From: Candidatus Abyssobacteria bacterium SURF_5
GTDB lineage: Bacteria; Abyssobacteria; SURF-5
Direction of reading: 5' to 3'
Assembly (NCBI GenBank): GCA_003598085.1
Contig: QZKU01000045.1
Span: 15,852 to 79,851 of the forward strand
Length of the DNA: 64,000 nt
This document shows positions 35,858-46,591 of this stretch, in pieces. The number at the start of each line of letters is the position of its first letter. The stretch's first letter is position 1. The notes beneath the pieces were generated by a model. It had not been told where the DNA came from. It did no database searches and saw only the letters and a list, made by a program, of their open reading frames with translations. A program made the position numbers and the translations under genes.

Positions 35858-37762
35858 TTATTTGTTTTCTTCTTCCCCGGAAACCTCGTAATCAGCATCT
35901 GTCGCGTCTTCGGAAGGGCCTTCCTGATTCGCTTCTCCCGCCTGCGCTCCCGCCTGGGCCTGGCCCGCCTGCTGGTAAAGGCGCTCGGCAAATTGATGAG
36001 AGACCCGCGTCAGCTCTTCGATCGCCCTCTCGATCGCGGCGGTATCTTCTCCGGCCATCGCCTGCCGCACCTTCTCGATCGCTTCGTTCGTCTGCTTCCG
36101 CTCGTCATCCGTCACGCGGTCAGCCAGGTCCTTCATCGTCTTCTCGGTGGAATAAATGAGCGAGTCGGCATGGTTGCGCACCTCGGCAAGCTTCCGCTTC
36201 CGCTTGTCCTCTTCTTGATGGGCATCCGCCTCCTGTACCAATCGATCTATCTCCTGCTCCGAAAGTCCGCCGGACGCCTCAATGCGTATCTTCTGCTCTT
36301 TCCCGGTGCCCAGGTCCTTCGCCGAAACATGCACGATGCCGTTAGCGTCGATATCGAACGTTACCTCTATCTGCGGAACGCCGCGCGGGGCCGGCGGTAT
36401 CCCGACCAGGTCGAACCGGCCCAATGTCCGGTTGTTCGCCGCCATCTCGCGCTCGCCCTGCAGTACATGAATGCTCACAGCGGTCTGCCCATCGGCCGCG
36501 GTGGAAAATATCTGGCTTTTCCTCGTGGGAATCGTGGTGTTCTTCTGAATCAGCTTCGTGCAGATGCCTCCGAGTGTCTCGATCCCCAGCGACAGCGGCG
36601 TTACGTCGAGCAGCAATACGTCCTTCACCTCGCCGGACAGCACCCCCGCCTGTATCGCAGCGCCGATCGCAACCACTTCGTCTGGGTTGACCCCTTTGTG
36701 CGGCTCTTTGCCGAACAGGTTTCTCACCAGGTTCTGAACGGCAGGCATGCGCGTCTGCCCGCCCACGAGGATCACCTCATCGATATCTTCAGCCTGCAGC
36801 TTCGCATCTTTGAGCGCTGTCAGGCACGGCCTCTTTGTGCGCTCGATCAGATCGTCTACAAGCTGTTCGAGTTTCGATCGTGTCAGCGTCGTACTCAGGT
36901 GCTTCGGACCCGCGGCATCGGCCGTTATGAAGGGAAGATTGATTTCCGTCGTTTGCGACGTGGATAATTCGCATTTTGCCTTTTCCGCCGCCTCTTTCAG
37001 GCGCTGCAGGGCCATCCGATCACTGCGCAGGTCGATGCCTTGTTCTCTCTTGAATTCATCCGCGAGCCAGTCGATAACGCGCTGATCAAAGTCGTCACCG
37101 CCGAGATGGGTATCGCCATTGGTGGATTTTACCTCAAAGACGCCCTCACCCAGTTCAAGAATGGAGATATCAAAAGTTCCCCCGCCAAGATCGTACACCG
37201 CGATCTTTTCATCCTTCTTCTTGTCAAGTCCATATGCAAGGGAGGCCGCTGTTGGCTCATTGATGATGCGCAAGACCTCGAGACCCGCGATTCTGCCCGC
37301 GTCCTTTGTCGCCTGACGCTGTGAATCATTGAAATAGGCCGGCACCGTTATGACCGCTTGCGAAATTTTCTCTCCCGTATAATCTTCAGCGGTTTCCCTC
37401 ATCTTTTGAAGAATCACCGCCGATATCTCCGGCGGCGTAAAGGACCTGCCGCCCGCTTCCACCACCACATTGTCGCCTTCACCGCTGCGTACTTTATACG
37501 GGACCAGCTTTTCCTCAGCGAGGACCTCATTGTGCCTGCGTCCCATGAAACGCTTGATGGAGAAGATCGTGTTCTCCGGATTCGTGATCGCCTGCCGCTT
37601 CGCAACCGTACCCACCAGGCGCTCCCCGGTCTTCGCGAAAGCGACAACCGAAGGCGTTGTGCGTCCTCCCTCAGCATTCGGAATGACCGTCGGCTCGCCC
37701 CCTTCCATAATGGCGACACATGAATTCGTGGTACCCAGGTCAATGCCTATGACTTTTGCCAT
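35858..37762 (-). CDS. dnaK: Chaperone DnaK (Hsp70)
   Basis: N-terminus [17 protein letters not shown]. Motifs DLGGGTFD and [11 protein letters not shown]. 634 aa. Confidence 0.95.
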   Translation of the reverse strand: MAKVIGIDLGTTNSCVAIMEGGEPTVIPNAEGGRTTPSVVAFAKTGERLVGTVAKRQAITNPENTIFSIKRFMGRRHNEVLAEEKLVPYKVRSGEGDNVVVEAGGRSFTPPEISAVILQKMRETAEDYTGEKISQAVITVPAYFNDSQRQATKDAGRIAGLEVLRIINEPTAASLAYGLDKKKDEKIAVYDLGGGTFDISILELGEGVFEVKSTNGDTHLGGDDFDQRVIDWLADEFKREQGIDLRSDRMALQRLKEAAEKAKCELSTSQTTEINLPFITADAAGPKHLSTTLTRSKLEQLVDDLIERTKRPCLTALKDAKLQAEDIDEVILVGGQTRMPAVQNLVRNLFGKEPHKGVNPDEVVAIGAAIQAGVLSGEVKDVLLLDVTPLSLGIETLGGICTKLIQKNTTIPTRKSQIFSTAADGQTAVSIHVLQGEREMAANNRTLGRFDLVGIPPAPRGVPQIEVTFDIDANGIVHVSAKDLGTGKEQKIRIEASGGLSEQEIDRLVQEADAHQEEDKRKRKLAEVRNHADSLIYSTEKTMKDLADRVTDDERKQTNEAIEKVRQAMAGEDTAAIERAIEELTRVSHQFAERLYQQAGQAQAGAQAGEANQEGPSEDATDADYEVSGEEENK

Positions 37763-37878
37763 TGATTATAATGCCTCCACGTTCTCTGGTGTTTTTGTGC
37801 TGATTTGCTGTTTCGAAGTCCGCAAAACACACCCATCCCGCGCTTTGGCAGCGGGGAATGACTTCATAAGGGCAAGCC

Positions 37879-38496
37879 CTAAGAATCGCCCACCTGTTCA
37901 TGCGTGCCCACTGTCACCTGTGCCGGCCGAAGTACCTTGTCGTGCAGATAATACCCTTTACGGATTTCATCCACCACGACTCCTTCGGGGGCATCGGGCG
38001 CGTGAACACGAATAAGAGCGTCATGTTTGTTGGGATCAAACGGCGCACCGACGCTCTCCACAGGCTTCACTCCCAACCTTCCCAAAGTCTCGCGCAATTG
38101 AGCCAGAACCAGTTCGATACCCTCGCGAAGCTGGAAATTCGAATCGCCATGCTTTCTTGCTGAATCGACGGCGCGTTCCAGGTTATCGACAACGGGAAGA
38201 ATTTCGCGGAGAACATTCTCCGCCCCATATTTGATCAGGCTGGCCTGCTCCTTTTGAATCCGCTTGCGATAATTGTCGAAGTCCGCCTGCGTGCGCAATA
38301 GACGATCGTAATATTCTTCCTTTTCCTGAGCGATTTTCGCGACTTCCTCCGGAGTCATCCCCATCGTCTCGACCTTTGCCGGTTCAGAAGACTGCAACTC
38401 CTCGGGCGCACCTTCGGCCCCAACTGCCGGCTCTTCTTCTTGTTCTCTCTCGATATGGGCCCCCTGATCTTCGGGAAAGGTATCCTTATTTTTCAT
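37879..38496 (-). CDS. grpE: Nucleotide exchange factor GrpE
   Basis: GrpE-family coiled-coil plus beta-domain. Sits between hrcA and dnaK. Confidence 0.9.
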   Translation of the reverse strand: MKNKDTFPEDQGAHIEREQEEEPAVGAEGAPEELQSSEPAKVETMGMTPEEVAKIAQEKEEYYDRLLRTQADFDNYRKRIQKEQASLIKYGAENVLREILPVVDNLERAVDSARKHGDSNFQLREGIELVLAQLRETLGRLGVKPVESVGAPFDPNKHDALIRVHAPDAPEGVVVDEIRKGYYLHDKVLRPAQVTVGTHEQVGDS

Positions 38497-38502
38497 CTAT
38501 TA

Positions 38503-39564
38503 TCAGCCTCCACTCAAAACCGTCAAAATGTGGCCGAGCTTGTCGGCGACAACGGCCACGAGCGAGGACGCCCGCGCATAATGCATTCGGGTCGGCCCGA
38601 TCACTCCAATTGCGCCCATCGTTCGTCCCCCAATGTGATAGGGCGACGCAATAACGCTGCAACTCGTGATACCGTCGACCGGATTCTCTCTCCCGATGCG
38701 GATATACACTCCAGGTGTCATCTCCCCGCACAAAAACGTCTCGAAAAGCTCGTTCAATTGCTTCTTTTCGTCCAGCACCTTTAATAATGGCCTCAGGCGC
38801 TCGACATCCTGAAATTCCGGCTGCGAAAAAATGTTCTCCATTCCGACCAGAAATACCTCCCTCGGTGTCTCGTCGAAAAAAAGGCCCGCCATCACTTCAA
38901 TCGCCAGTTGGCTGAGCAGATAATCCTCGCTCGCGCTACTGAGCTTGTGGTACGACTCCAGATGCGAGCGCGCGCCTGCAAACGATAAAGAACAAAACTC
39001 ACGGTTGAGATAAGCCGAAAGCTTCTCGATTTCTTCGTCAGCCAATCTGGCGGGTCGCGAAAAAACCCTCTTTCGCACCTCGCCGAGATTGGTCACCAAA
39101 ATCGTCAATATCTTTTCCGAGGTCAAAGAGACAATCTCTACATGCCTTATCGTCTCCGTCTCCACCTTCGGGGTCTGGACCACTGCCGTGTACTGCGTGA
39201 GGAACGAAAGAAGGCGGCACGCCAATCCCATTAGCTCCTCAAGCCCGACAACTCCGGGCCCTAAAGATTCCTCAATGCGCAAAAGCTCGTCAAGTGCCAA
39301 CTCGTAAATGTCCATCAGGTCATCTACATAAACCCGATAACCCACATCCGTCGGAACTCGCCCCGCCGAGGTATGCGGCTGGCGGACGTAACCTTGCTCC
39401 TCAAGGTCCGCCATCACGTTCCGGATGGACGCCGGACTCAGCTTGAATCCCATCTTTTTCGCCACCGTGCGCGACCCGACAGCAGAAGCTGTCATAATAT
39501 GCGTGGTTACAACAGCTTGTAAAACATCCTTCTGCCGATCGTTCAGGGACGCATCCTGCTTCAT
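38503..39564 (-). CDS. hrcA: Heat-inducible transcription repressor HrcA
   Basis: N-terminal winged-helix region (LLQAVVTTHIMTASAVGSRTVAKK). 353 aa. CIRCE operator immediately upstream. Confidence 0.9.
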   Translation of the reverse strand: MKQDASLNDRQKDVLQAVVTTHIMTASAVGSRTVAKKMGFKLSPASIRNVMADLEEQGYVRQPHTSAGRVPTDVGYRVYVDDLMDIYELALDELLRIEESLGPGVVGLEELMGLACRLLSFLTQYTAVVQTPKVETETIRHVEIVSLTSEKILTILVTNLGEVRKRVFSRPARLADEEIEKLSAYLNREFCSLSFAGARSHLESYHKLSSASEDYLLSQLAIEVMAGLFFDETPREVFLVGMENIFSQPEFQDVERLRPLLKVLDEKKQLNELFETFLCGEMTPGVYIRIGRENPVDGITSCSVIASPYHIGGRTMGAIGVIGPTRMHYARASSLVAVVADKLGHILTVLSGG

Positions 39565-39583
39565 TTCTTTTACGCTCTCATGT

Positions 39584-39610
39584 TTGGCACTCGATTGTAA
39601 AGAGTGCTAA
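39584..39610. promoter_or_regulatory. CIRCE operator (HrcA binding site)
   Basis: TTGGCACTC-gattgtaaa-GAGTGCTAA, a near-perfect match to TTAGCACTC-N9-GAGTGCTAA. Lies 20 nt upstream of the hrcA start. Confidence 0.85.
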
Positions 39611-39808
39611 TCCACAACGAAGTTTATCAAAATTCTCCCGCCGTTGTCAAGTTCGCCCTTTACCCTAATCAGCATACAATATTGTTATCCGCTCCGCATA
39701 AAAGGTTCCTTCTCGTTGATTACAGCATCGACATAATCTCGTTCTATCACTTTATCTCACAAAGATTTACAAATTGAACTGGCGCCAGCTTGAAAAAGGG
39801 CACAGATC

Positions 39809-40657
39809 TTGCTCATCCTTCCGGGACGGCTGGAATTGGAACTTGCGGCAAAGGAAGATAACATGCATATTATTTTAGTATTTCAAAAACTTGCGTATTT
39901 CTGCTCGACATTCTATGCGGGCAAACCCGCTGATGCGGCAAAGAAAAGAAGGCGAACCACGCGCGATTTTATCGAAAACACAGCGTCCGACCAAAGAAGA
40001 CTCTGGATCATGTACATATGCGCCGGCCTCTTTATCGTGGGCACGGCCGCTTTTTCGATATCCTCCATCCTTGGCACCCGGGAAATGAAGGGATTGGATG
40101 CCGATCAACCATCCGTTTCTGCCCCGGCCGAACCGACTCCTGAAGAGACAAACCAGAAGAAAAGCGCCCTCTCTGTTCCGAAAACACATATTCAGAAAAT
40201 GACCAGTGCGTGGACGGGGGCCGAAGCGGAAGCGGCAATAGAACCGGCGCCCTTCACGACCTCAACCACCAATATGAAGTCAAGGCTGATAACGCGGCCA
40301 GAGATAACACCGCTGACTGGCGAGATCGAAGCCTTGCTCATGATGTTTCAAGGCGCATGTGAAAACGAGGATAAAGAGGCGCTTGTGGCTCTGATCGACG
40401 ACCAGGATCAGGATTTTCATTCCCGCTATATCCGGACCGCCGAAAGGTTGTTCCGTCGGTTTAATGGAATAGACGTCTCTTTCTCGGATATCGAGGTTAC
40501 CCCATTGAACGAAGACGAGATCCTCGTCAATTTGCACGTCCGCGTTGAGGGCGAATTCTCCATCACCGGCAAGTGGATGGTTCTCAAAAATTCAGACCAG
40601 AGCTTTACCCTGCGAAAACCGAATGGGTCGAACTGGAGGCTGTGCTCTATAAATTAG
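39809..40657 (+). CDS. Hypothetical membrane-anchored protein (282 aa)
   Basis: One N-terminal transmembrane helix (WIMYICAGLFIVGTAAF). No recognisable family. Confidence 0.4.
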   Translation: MLILPGRLELELAAKEDNMHIILVFQKLAYFCSTFYAGKPADAAKKRRRTTRDFIENTASDQRRLWIMYICAGLFIVGTAAFSISSILGTREMKGLDADQPSVSAPAEPTPEETNQKKSALSVPKTHIQKMTSAWTGAEAEAAIEPAPFTTSTTNMKSRLITRPEITPLTGEIEALLMMFQGACENEDKEALVALIDDQDQDFHSRYIRTAERLFRRFNGIDVSFSDIEVTPLNEDEILVNLHVRVEGEFSITGKWMVLKNSDQSFTLRKPNGSNWRLCSIN

Positions 40658-40822
40658 TTCCTGCCACCGACCTGCACCAAGCCTTCCACATCATTTCTTC
40701 ATTCCACATAAATCTTCTTGGCATTACCGCGCCGTTTGGGGAGCCGCCGCCGGAAAGCCGTCTTCAATTTTCCCGGTTGTTAAACTTTGAATGATTCGGC
40801 TCGAGTCTTAAGGAAGGATGAC

Positions 40823-41638
40823 TTAATTGCAGGCGCCGGCTCTTTCAGAAGTCTCGTCGGCAACGCGATAATATGAATCTTCAAACAATCTTCTCCCGCC
40901 TTCATTGAAGATTCTGAACTTGACGAGCCGCATTTTCTGCAGCCGGAATTTCAACGAGGTGATCACGCAGCCAAACCCGTACTTGATGCTGCGTGAAAAG
41001 TTGATGCTGGAGGCCTCCGGAAAATATTTGGTCGGACAGGAAATCTCTCCGATCTTGAATTTCCAGAAGATAACCTGCGCAAGCATCTCATTATCGAAAA
41101 GGAAATCGTCCGAATTCTCCAGGAGCGGGAGCGATTCGAGCACCTTCCTCGAAAAGGCGCGATAGCCGGTATGGTACTCGGAAAGCTTGAAAAAAAGCAT
41201 TAGATTCTCAAACAGCGTGAGACAGCGATTGAAAATATATTTGTAAGGCGGCATCCCACCCTTGAGTGCCCCGACCCCGAGAATACGGGAGGCTATTACC
41301 ACGTCGTATTCTTGCGCGGCTATGAGAGAAGCCATAGCGGTTATTAGCTTCGGCGAGTACTGGTAATCCGGATGAAGCATCACGACGATGTCGGCTCCCG
41401 TCTTGAGCGCCTCGCGGTAGCAGGTCTTCTGGTTACGGCCATAGCCGAAATTGCGCTCGTGAATAAATGTCTTTATCCCAAGCTGCCGCGAAAGTTCGAT
41501 CGTCTCGTCGTGACTGCCGTCATCGACCAGCAGGATCTCATCGACGATCTGCTTCGGAACCTCGTCGTATGTCTTCTTCAATGTCTTTGCCGCATTGTAG
41601 GCGGGCATTACAACAACGATCTTGTGCCCCTCGAGCAT
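40823..41638 (-). CDS. Family 2 glycosyltransferase (DPM1/polyprenol-phosphate sugar transferase-like)
   Basis: [12 protein letters not shown]...[11 protein letters not shown]. DxD-type GT-A fold signature. Confidence 0.75.
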   Translation of the reverse strand: MLEGHKIVVVMPAYNAAKTLKKTYDEVPKQIVDEILLVDDGSHDETIELSRQLGIKTFIHERNFGYGRNQKTCYREALKTGADIVVMLHPDYQYSPKLITAMASLIAAQEYDVVIASRILGVGALKGGMPPYKYIFNRCLTLFENLMLFFKLSEYHTGYRAFSRKVLESLPLLENSDDFLFDNEMLAQVIFWKFKIGEISCPTKYFPEASSINFSRSIKYGFGCVITSLKFRLQKMRLVKFRIFNEGGRRLFEDSYYRVADETSERAGACN

Positions 41639-41792
41639 GACAAAAATCTTTCTCTCACCATGCCTTTTTTCAATTTAGTTCATGCTATCAAAAAAAGAGG
41701 AAAATAGCAATCCAAACGGGCATGCGGCAAGCCCTTGCGGCGCCGGTATTGGCGGCTCCGGCAGGCACTCGTTCGTGTTTCCGCCTTGCTTC

Positions 41793-42623
41793 TCAGCGGA
41801 AGGCTGACAGCAGGTCGCCCTTCATCAGGTAGTCCAGACTCGTCCCGAATTTGTCGGACGTCATCTCGAGGGTGAGGCGGGGGAAAATGCGTCGCTCCGA
41901 TAACTTCCTGAAGACTTCGGAAAAACGTATGTGTCCTGCTCCTAAAGCCAGGTGCTCGTCGTCTTCTCCAAGATTGTCGTTCAAGTGCATCTCGATGATA
42001 TCGCTTCCCAGGGATTCCAGCCACTGATCGAGTGTAACCGAGCTGTAAACGTTGAAATGGCCGATGTCGAAGCAGAATTTGATCGCATTGGAGGCGAGCC
42101 CGCCTTTCAATGTGACCATAAATTTCGGGGTGGGAAGGAACATGTTCTCAAGTTGGATCGTGATCTGCAGCTGCTCGGCAAGATCCACGATAGGGGCCCA
42201 CGTGCGCACACTGCTTTCGAGCCATTTATCCAGTGCGCTCTCGGGCAGCAGCGGATTGATTCCCAGATGGAGCACGAGATTCTTTGCACCGAGCGCCTGG
42301 CAAATCGCCAGCGTCTTGAAAAAGCAGTGCTGCGTGTAATCCCGGATTACTACGTCCAGACTGCCCGGGTTCAGGTCGTGCACCGGACCGTGCACCGAAA
42401 CATCTATACCGGCCTCGCGCAGTTGGCGCCCGATTACAGTAACCTTATCCTTCGGCCAGCTGCAGATCCAGTTCGTATCATACAGCATCACTTCCACCCC
42501 GAGTCCACGCGCCTGAAGGAACGGTATCCGGCGGAGCACCATTCGCAGAGGAAGGGCCACGGCGACTTTCAGCATGCTCTCCTTCCAAATATCCGGAAGC
42601 TTCTTTTCTTTCCTTTCCCGCAT
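41793..42623 (-). CDS. Sugar phosphate isomerase/epimerase (xylose isomerase-like TIM barrel)
   Basis: Motifs around HLNDNLGEDDEHLALGAGHI and NLVLHLG typical of the AP-endonuclease-2/TIM family. Confidence 0.65.
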   Translation of the reverse strand: MRERKEKKLPDIWKESMLKVAVALPLRMVLRRIPFLQARGLGVEVMLYDTNWICSWPKDKVTVIGRQLREAGIDVSVHGPVHDLNPGSLDVVIRDYTQHCFFKTLAICQALGAKNLVLHLGINPLLPESALDKWLESSVRTWAPIVDLAEQLQITIQLENMFLPTPKFMVTLKGGLASNAIKFCFDIGHFNVYSSVTLDQWLESLGSDIIEMHLNDNLGEDDEHLALGAGHIRFSEVFRKLSERRIFPRLTLEMTSDKFGTSLDYLMKGDLLSAFR

Positions 42624-42651
42624 ACACCGCTCCTCCTTCAGGAGGAAAGCC

Positions 42652-43923
42652 CTAGTTTTCTTTGTCCTGCAGCACCTCGGGGCATAACTCCAGGCTCTTC
42701 ATCTCGTGCCCCATCGCCAGACATGAAATCCGCGCAATCGTGTAATAGAGGTCAAAAGAACAGTGCCCGCGATAACAAGCCAGTGCCTCGTCGAATTCAT
42801 CCGCTTCCCTCAGGCACAATTTGGCGAACTTCGTGCCGGGTGAATTCAGGTTGTCGATCTCCGATTTGCTCTCGCTGTAACGGAAAAACCCCCCCAGCAC
42901 CTGATCGCCGATCATATGAACCACCGGTTCCCCCGGCTGGCCGATGAAATAGTCGGAAGTGGGAATGCCCTCTTGAATAATGACTGAGCGGATATCGGCG
43001 CCGCTCTTCCCTCTCGACATCTTCTTGCGCTGGTTTCGGTTCAGGCTGAGCACCTGTTCCCCGGAAGCCACCGTGATAATACCCATGCCGTAAGTGCCCG
43101 CATTATCCTTTATAAAGATCACCGGCTCCCGATCAATTTCATATTCCCGGTATTTCGCAACCACGGCTTCCCTGACGTGGTCCACCTTCTTCGCCACACG
43201 GTCCAATCCTTCACCTGTCTTGAAAAGAATATTGCTCTCGAATTCCGTCACCGGCGACAACAGCCATGGATCCACTGAAAGGATATCCGCAAATTCCTGA
43301 ACCAGCGACATGTAGAATTGGGTGTGCTCCCATTTCGAGCGAATAAACCAGCCCATCTCCGCAGGAGGACTCACTGGCTGATCCAGATCGACCAGTTCCT
43401 GCGGTTTCCCATCCGAAAAATCGTTGTTAATAAGGATGAGCTCCGGGATGAATCCCTCCGATACCAGCGCGTTTGCCTCCCTGAATAGCCGGTGAATGTG
43501 GATCTTCTGACCCTCAACAGTCTCCAACTCAGTGACGGGAGGGGAAAATCGCGGGTCGGCCGTTGCGATAATGGCTTGAAATCCGGATTGCTCCACCAAA
43601 AACTTCAGCGAGTGAAGATTCTGTAAATAAAACTTGTTGCGAGTGTGACTCTCCGGATAAATCGCCACTCGTTCTATGTCCCCAAAATTCTGCTTGACAT
43701 ATTCCCGAAAAAGAGTTGCCCCCTTTTCGAGGAACGATCTACACAAATTGTTGAAACCGGCGGGGAAAATATTGGCATCGATAGCGGATATCTTGAAACC
43801 GGCATCGCGCAGATCAACGGAACTGTAGATGGGAAAACATACTTTCTCGGCGTGCCGCTTTATCCAGACCTCCACAGAGGATCTTTTTTCCTTGAGTTTC
43901 TGTTCTATTCCTGATACATCCAC
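42652..43923 (-). CDS. Putative glutamate--cysteine ligase (GshA-like, non-enterobacterial type)
   Basis: N-terminal region FPIYSSVDLRDAGFKISAIDANIFPAGFNNL resembles my recollection of the Thiobacillus-type GshA family. Recognised weakly. Confidence 0.35.
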   Translation of the reverse strand: MDVSGIEQKLKEKRSSVEVWIKRHAEKVCFPIYSSVDLRDAGFKISAIDANIFPAGFNNLCRSFLEKGATLFREYVKQNFGDIERVAIYPESHTRNKFYLQNLHSLKFLVEQSGFQAIIATADPRFSPPVTELETVEGQKIHIHRLFREANALVSEGFIPELILINNDFSDGKPQELVDLDQPVSPPAEMGWFIRSKWEHTQFYMSLVQEFADILSVDPWLLSPVTEFESNILFKTGEGLDRVAKKVDHVREAVVAKYREYEIDREPVIFIKDNAGTYGMGIITVASGEQVLSLNRNQRKKMSRGKSGADIRSVIIQEGIPTSDYFIGQPGEPVVHMIGDQVLGGFFRYSESKSEIDNLNSPGTKFAKLCLREADEFDEALACYRGHCSFDLYYTIARISCLAMGHEMKSLELCPEVLQDKEN

Positions 43924-43957
43924 ACATTTTCTCCCTTACCAACCTTTGGGCAGTCAT

Positions 43958-44488
43958 TCAGAAAGACGACAAGCCGATATTGACAAGTTCCGCATGGAAA
44001 AGTTCCGGCTCAAGAGCATCCGGAAAATCTGCAACTCGCGCCGAAAATCTCCTCGTCGAGAATGGGTCGAGCGGCCTTGCCTCAAAACCATCCAACCGGC
44101 TATCGACGATCAACGGAATCTCCATGCAGGCTTCCCTGCCCTCGCGTGTCTTGAAATGGCATTTCAAGTCCGCTGTCTCAACAGCCGACGGGCCGGAATT
44201 TCTGACAACTCCGGTAATCTCCAGCTCCGCAATTCCCGCCGCATTCGTCAAAAACCTATCGTTTAACCGCTCGATCGTAAGAAATGTCTGACCGCCTCTT
44301 TTATCTCCGGCGGCAGCGCTCCATTGCGGGGCTCTCGCCGGGACGGATTGCCGAACGGCGTGAGCCATTAAAAAAAGAACGACCGCCAACGCGCCCGTGG
44401 CGGCGACCACTCCTATCACAAACCCGTTCTGCGTTGTCCTGAGGCCCTCTTGTTCCTGCCTCTCCTGTCCTGATTCCGTCTCCTGCAT
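43958..44488 (-). CDS. Hypothetical membrane-anchored protein (176 aa)
   Basis: One transmembrane helix after a charged N-terminus. No family recognised. Confidence 0.35.
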   Translation of the reverse strand: MQETESGQERQEQEGLRTTQNGFVIGVVAATGALAVVLFLMAHAVRQSVPARAPQWSAAAGDKRGGQTFLTIERLNDRFLTNAAGIAELEITGVVRNSGPSAVETADLKCHFKTREGREACMEIPLIVDSRLDGFEARPLDPFSTRRFSARVADFPDALEPELFHAELVNIGLSSF

Positions 44489-44717
44489 ATCGCTGGCCCG
44501 GCTGGTTCGTCGTTCCTGGTTCTTCCGACAATCTTAACACAAAGCCCAAAATACCGTCAATTAAACTTCGCCGCCACGCCCGGCGAGGTGACATGATCCC
44601 GCATTAAAGGCCGGCGCTTTATAAAAACCTCAAGTTCGGCTGAATAAGCGCCTTCCTCCTCCGTCTAATGCGTGAGAGCGGAGAATCCCGGTAAACCAAA
44701 AGAGGGAGGAGATTCAA

Positions 44718-45095
44718 ATGAAGAAACTGATTCTGGTTGTGACGCTGGCGCTCCTCATGATCGGTATGACAACCGCTTCAGCGCCTGCAAAAGACGAATT
44801 TGAAAGCGGCTTCAAAACAGAACTCGGAGCGATTGCAGCACGATCCGCTGTCGGAGTAGGTGTCGGAGTATTCAATGGGATTTTCGGCGGGGGAGTTGCC
44901 TATAACGGTGTCTACGCCACGCCGGTTCCCGTCTATCGTCCCTATTACCAGGAAAGGATAGTCTACGCACCGCCGCCTCCACCTCCGCCCGTCTATTATC
45001 GGGTTGAACGACGCCACTATGTACCCTACGGCCCCCCAGGGCCGCCTCCGCGGCGGGTAGTGCATCATCACGAACACCACCACTACTACCATTGA
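44718..45095 (+). CDS. Small secreted Gly/Pro/Tyr/His-rich protein (125 aa) with a poly-Pro stretch and a C-terminal HHHEHHHYYH tail
   Basis: Strong ribosome-binding site GGGAGGAG. Signal peptide MKKLILVVTLALLMIGMTTASA. Terminator-like hairpin at 45123..45151. Confidence 0.5.
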   Translation: MKKLILVVTLALLMIGMTTASAPAKDEFESGFKTELGAIAARSAVGVGVGVFNGIFGGGVAYNGVYATPVPVYRPYYQERIVYAPPPPPPPVYYRVERRHYVPYGPPGPPPRRVVHHHEHHHYYH

Positions 45096-45122
45096 ACAAT
45101 CCGGCAGCTTCGTATCCAGGAT

Positions 45123-45151
45123 GCCGGAGCCCTCTTCCCGAGGGCTCCGGC
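45123..45151 (+). terminator. Terminator-like GC-rich hairpin downstream of the small His-rich gene
   Basis: GCCGGAGCCCTC-ttccc-GAGGGCTCCGGC followed by a moderately U-rich tract. Confidence 0.35.
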
Positions 45152-45562
45152 TGCTTCCTTGCTCCTCTGCAAGAGAATTTCGACTATGTTTGTCGGAACA
45201 GCCTCCACTTGCGATGTCTTTCCCTTAAGATGACCGGAATTTTGATCATCTTTCCCCCCTAACCACCTGGTCAGGATGCACCCCCATATTCCTCTATGCT
45301 TATCACAATCATTCCGTCGTGGGGGCGACTCGGCGAGTCGCCCGCCGCAAACCAACTCCAGCGTGCCCAAAACAAGATCGCTCGCGCAAGGACGCAGAAT
45401 CTGTTATGATGGAATCTGAGATAAGTTGCAGAATCCCTCGGAATAGCCGCCGCTTTAGACTGCCAGCAAAAATGATGTGCCCGGAACTAAAAGAGAATAG
45501 GGGAGGAAAAGGGTTTGGTTAGTCTGACTGCGTCCTTTCCAGGTCATTGAGGAGAAGAACGA

Positions 45563-46429
45563 GTGAAAACCCTGCTTATCGGAGCCGACGGACAACTCGG
45601 CAGTGACTTGAAGAAAGTCTATCCGCCGGATGAGCTGATTCCGCTTAACCGGCCTGATCTCGATATCTGCGATTATGCGGCCGTCGATGACATCCTGGCC
45701 GAGCACCAGCCCCATATCGTCATTAACACAGCCGCATACCATCGCGTAGATGAATGTGAGCAATATCCCGACCGCGCTCTGCAGGTCAACGCGCTGGCCA
45801 TCCGCAATCTTTCCCTTGCCTGCAGCAAAGTCGGCGCCGTCCTCGTCCATTTCAGCACCGACTATGTCTTCGATGGCGAGTCCGACCGGCCCTACACCGA
45901 GCAGGACGCGCCTCGCCCGCTGAGCGCCTATGCCATCTCAAAAGTCGCGGGCGAATTTTTCATTCGTTCGCTATTCGACAAATATTTCCTTATTCGCGTG
46001 TGCGGGCTTTTCGGCATTGCGGGCAGTAGGGGAAAGGGAACGAACTTTATTGAAACCATGCTCAAACTGGCGCGTGAGGGCAAGAAGATAAAAGTGGTCG
46101 ACGACCAAGTGCTGACGCCGACGTATACGCGCGCGCTCGCCCCTCGCATCAAGGCCCTCATTGAAACCGGGCGCTTCGGTCTCTATCATATGACGTGCGA
46201 AGGACGGTGCTCATGGTATGAATTCGCTCGCGCCGTCTTCGATCTTGCCGGCGTCAACGCCGACCTCGCGCCCACTGCTTCGGATCAGTACTATACTCCC
46301 GCCAGGCGGCCGCGCTTCTCCGTCCTCGAAAATGAGAAACTCAAGCGATTGCCTTCCATCCCGCCGATGCCCCATTGGAAAGATGCGCTCGCCGACTACC
46401 TCGAAGAGCGAAAGCACACCCGCCGCTGA
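45563..46429 (+). CDS. rfbD: dTDP-4-dehydrorhamnose reductase RmlD
   Basis: N-terminus MKTLLIGADGQLG Rossmann fold. YxxxK catalytic dyad context. 288 aa. Confidence 0.8.
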   Translation: MKTLLIGADGQLGSDLKKVYPPDELIPLNRPDLDICDYAAVDDILAEHQPHIVINTAAYHRVDECEQYPDRALQVNALAIRNLSLACSKVGAVLVHFSTDYVFDGESDRPYTEQDAPRPLSAYAISKVAGEFFIRSLFDKYFLIRVCGLFGIAGSRGKGTNFIETMLKLAREGKKIKVVDDQVLTPTYTRALAPRIKALIETGRFGLYHMTCEGRCSWYEFARAVFDLAGVNADLAPTASDQYYTPARRPRFSVLENEKLKRLPSIPPMPHWKDALADYLEERKHTRR

Positions 46430-46591
46430 TCGCGTTGAAACAGCCGTTGGCGGCAATAACCGAATGGTTTGTCACCCGCGAAACCTGCCCTCCGCTTTTC
46501 GACGGAGCGGGAATTCATCTTCAGACTTTTGCTGCCCGTAACCCTTGCCTGTCCGGGTTCGAATATGTAAAGGACTATCAGGCGCCGCTTT

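Noticed and set aside
35825-36967. 380-aa plus-strand ORF
   Set aside because: Antisense to dnaK and the dnaJ start, with Arg/Leu/Pro-rich composition. A shadow ORF.
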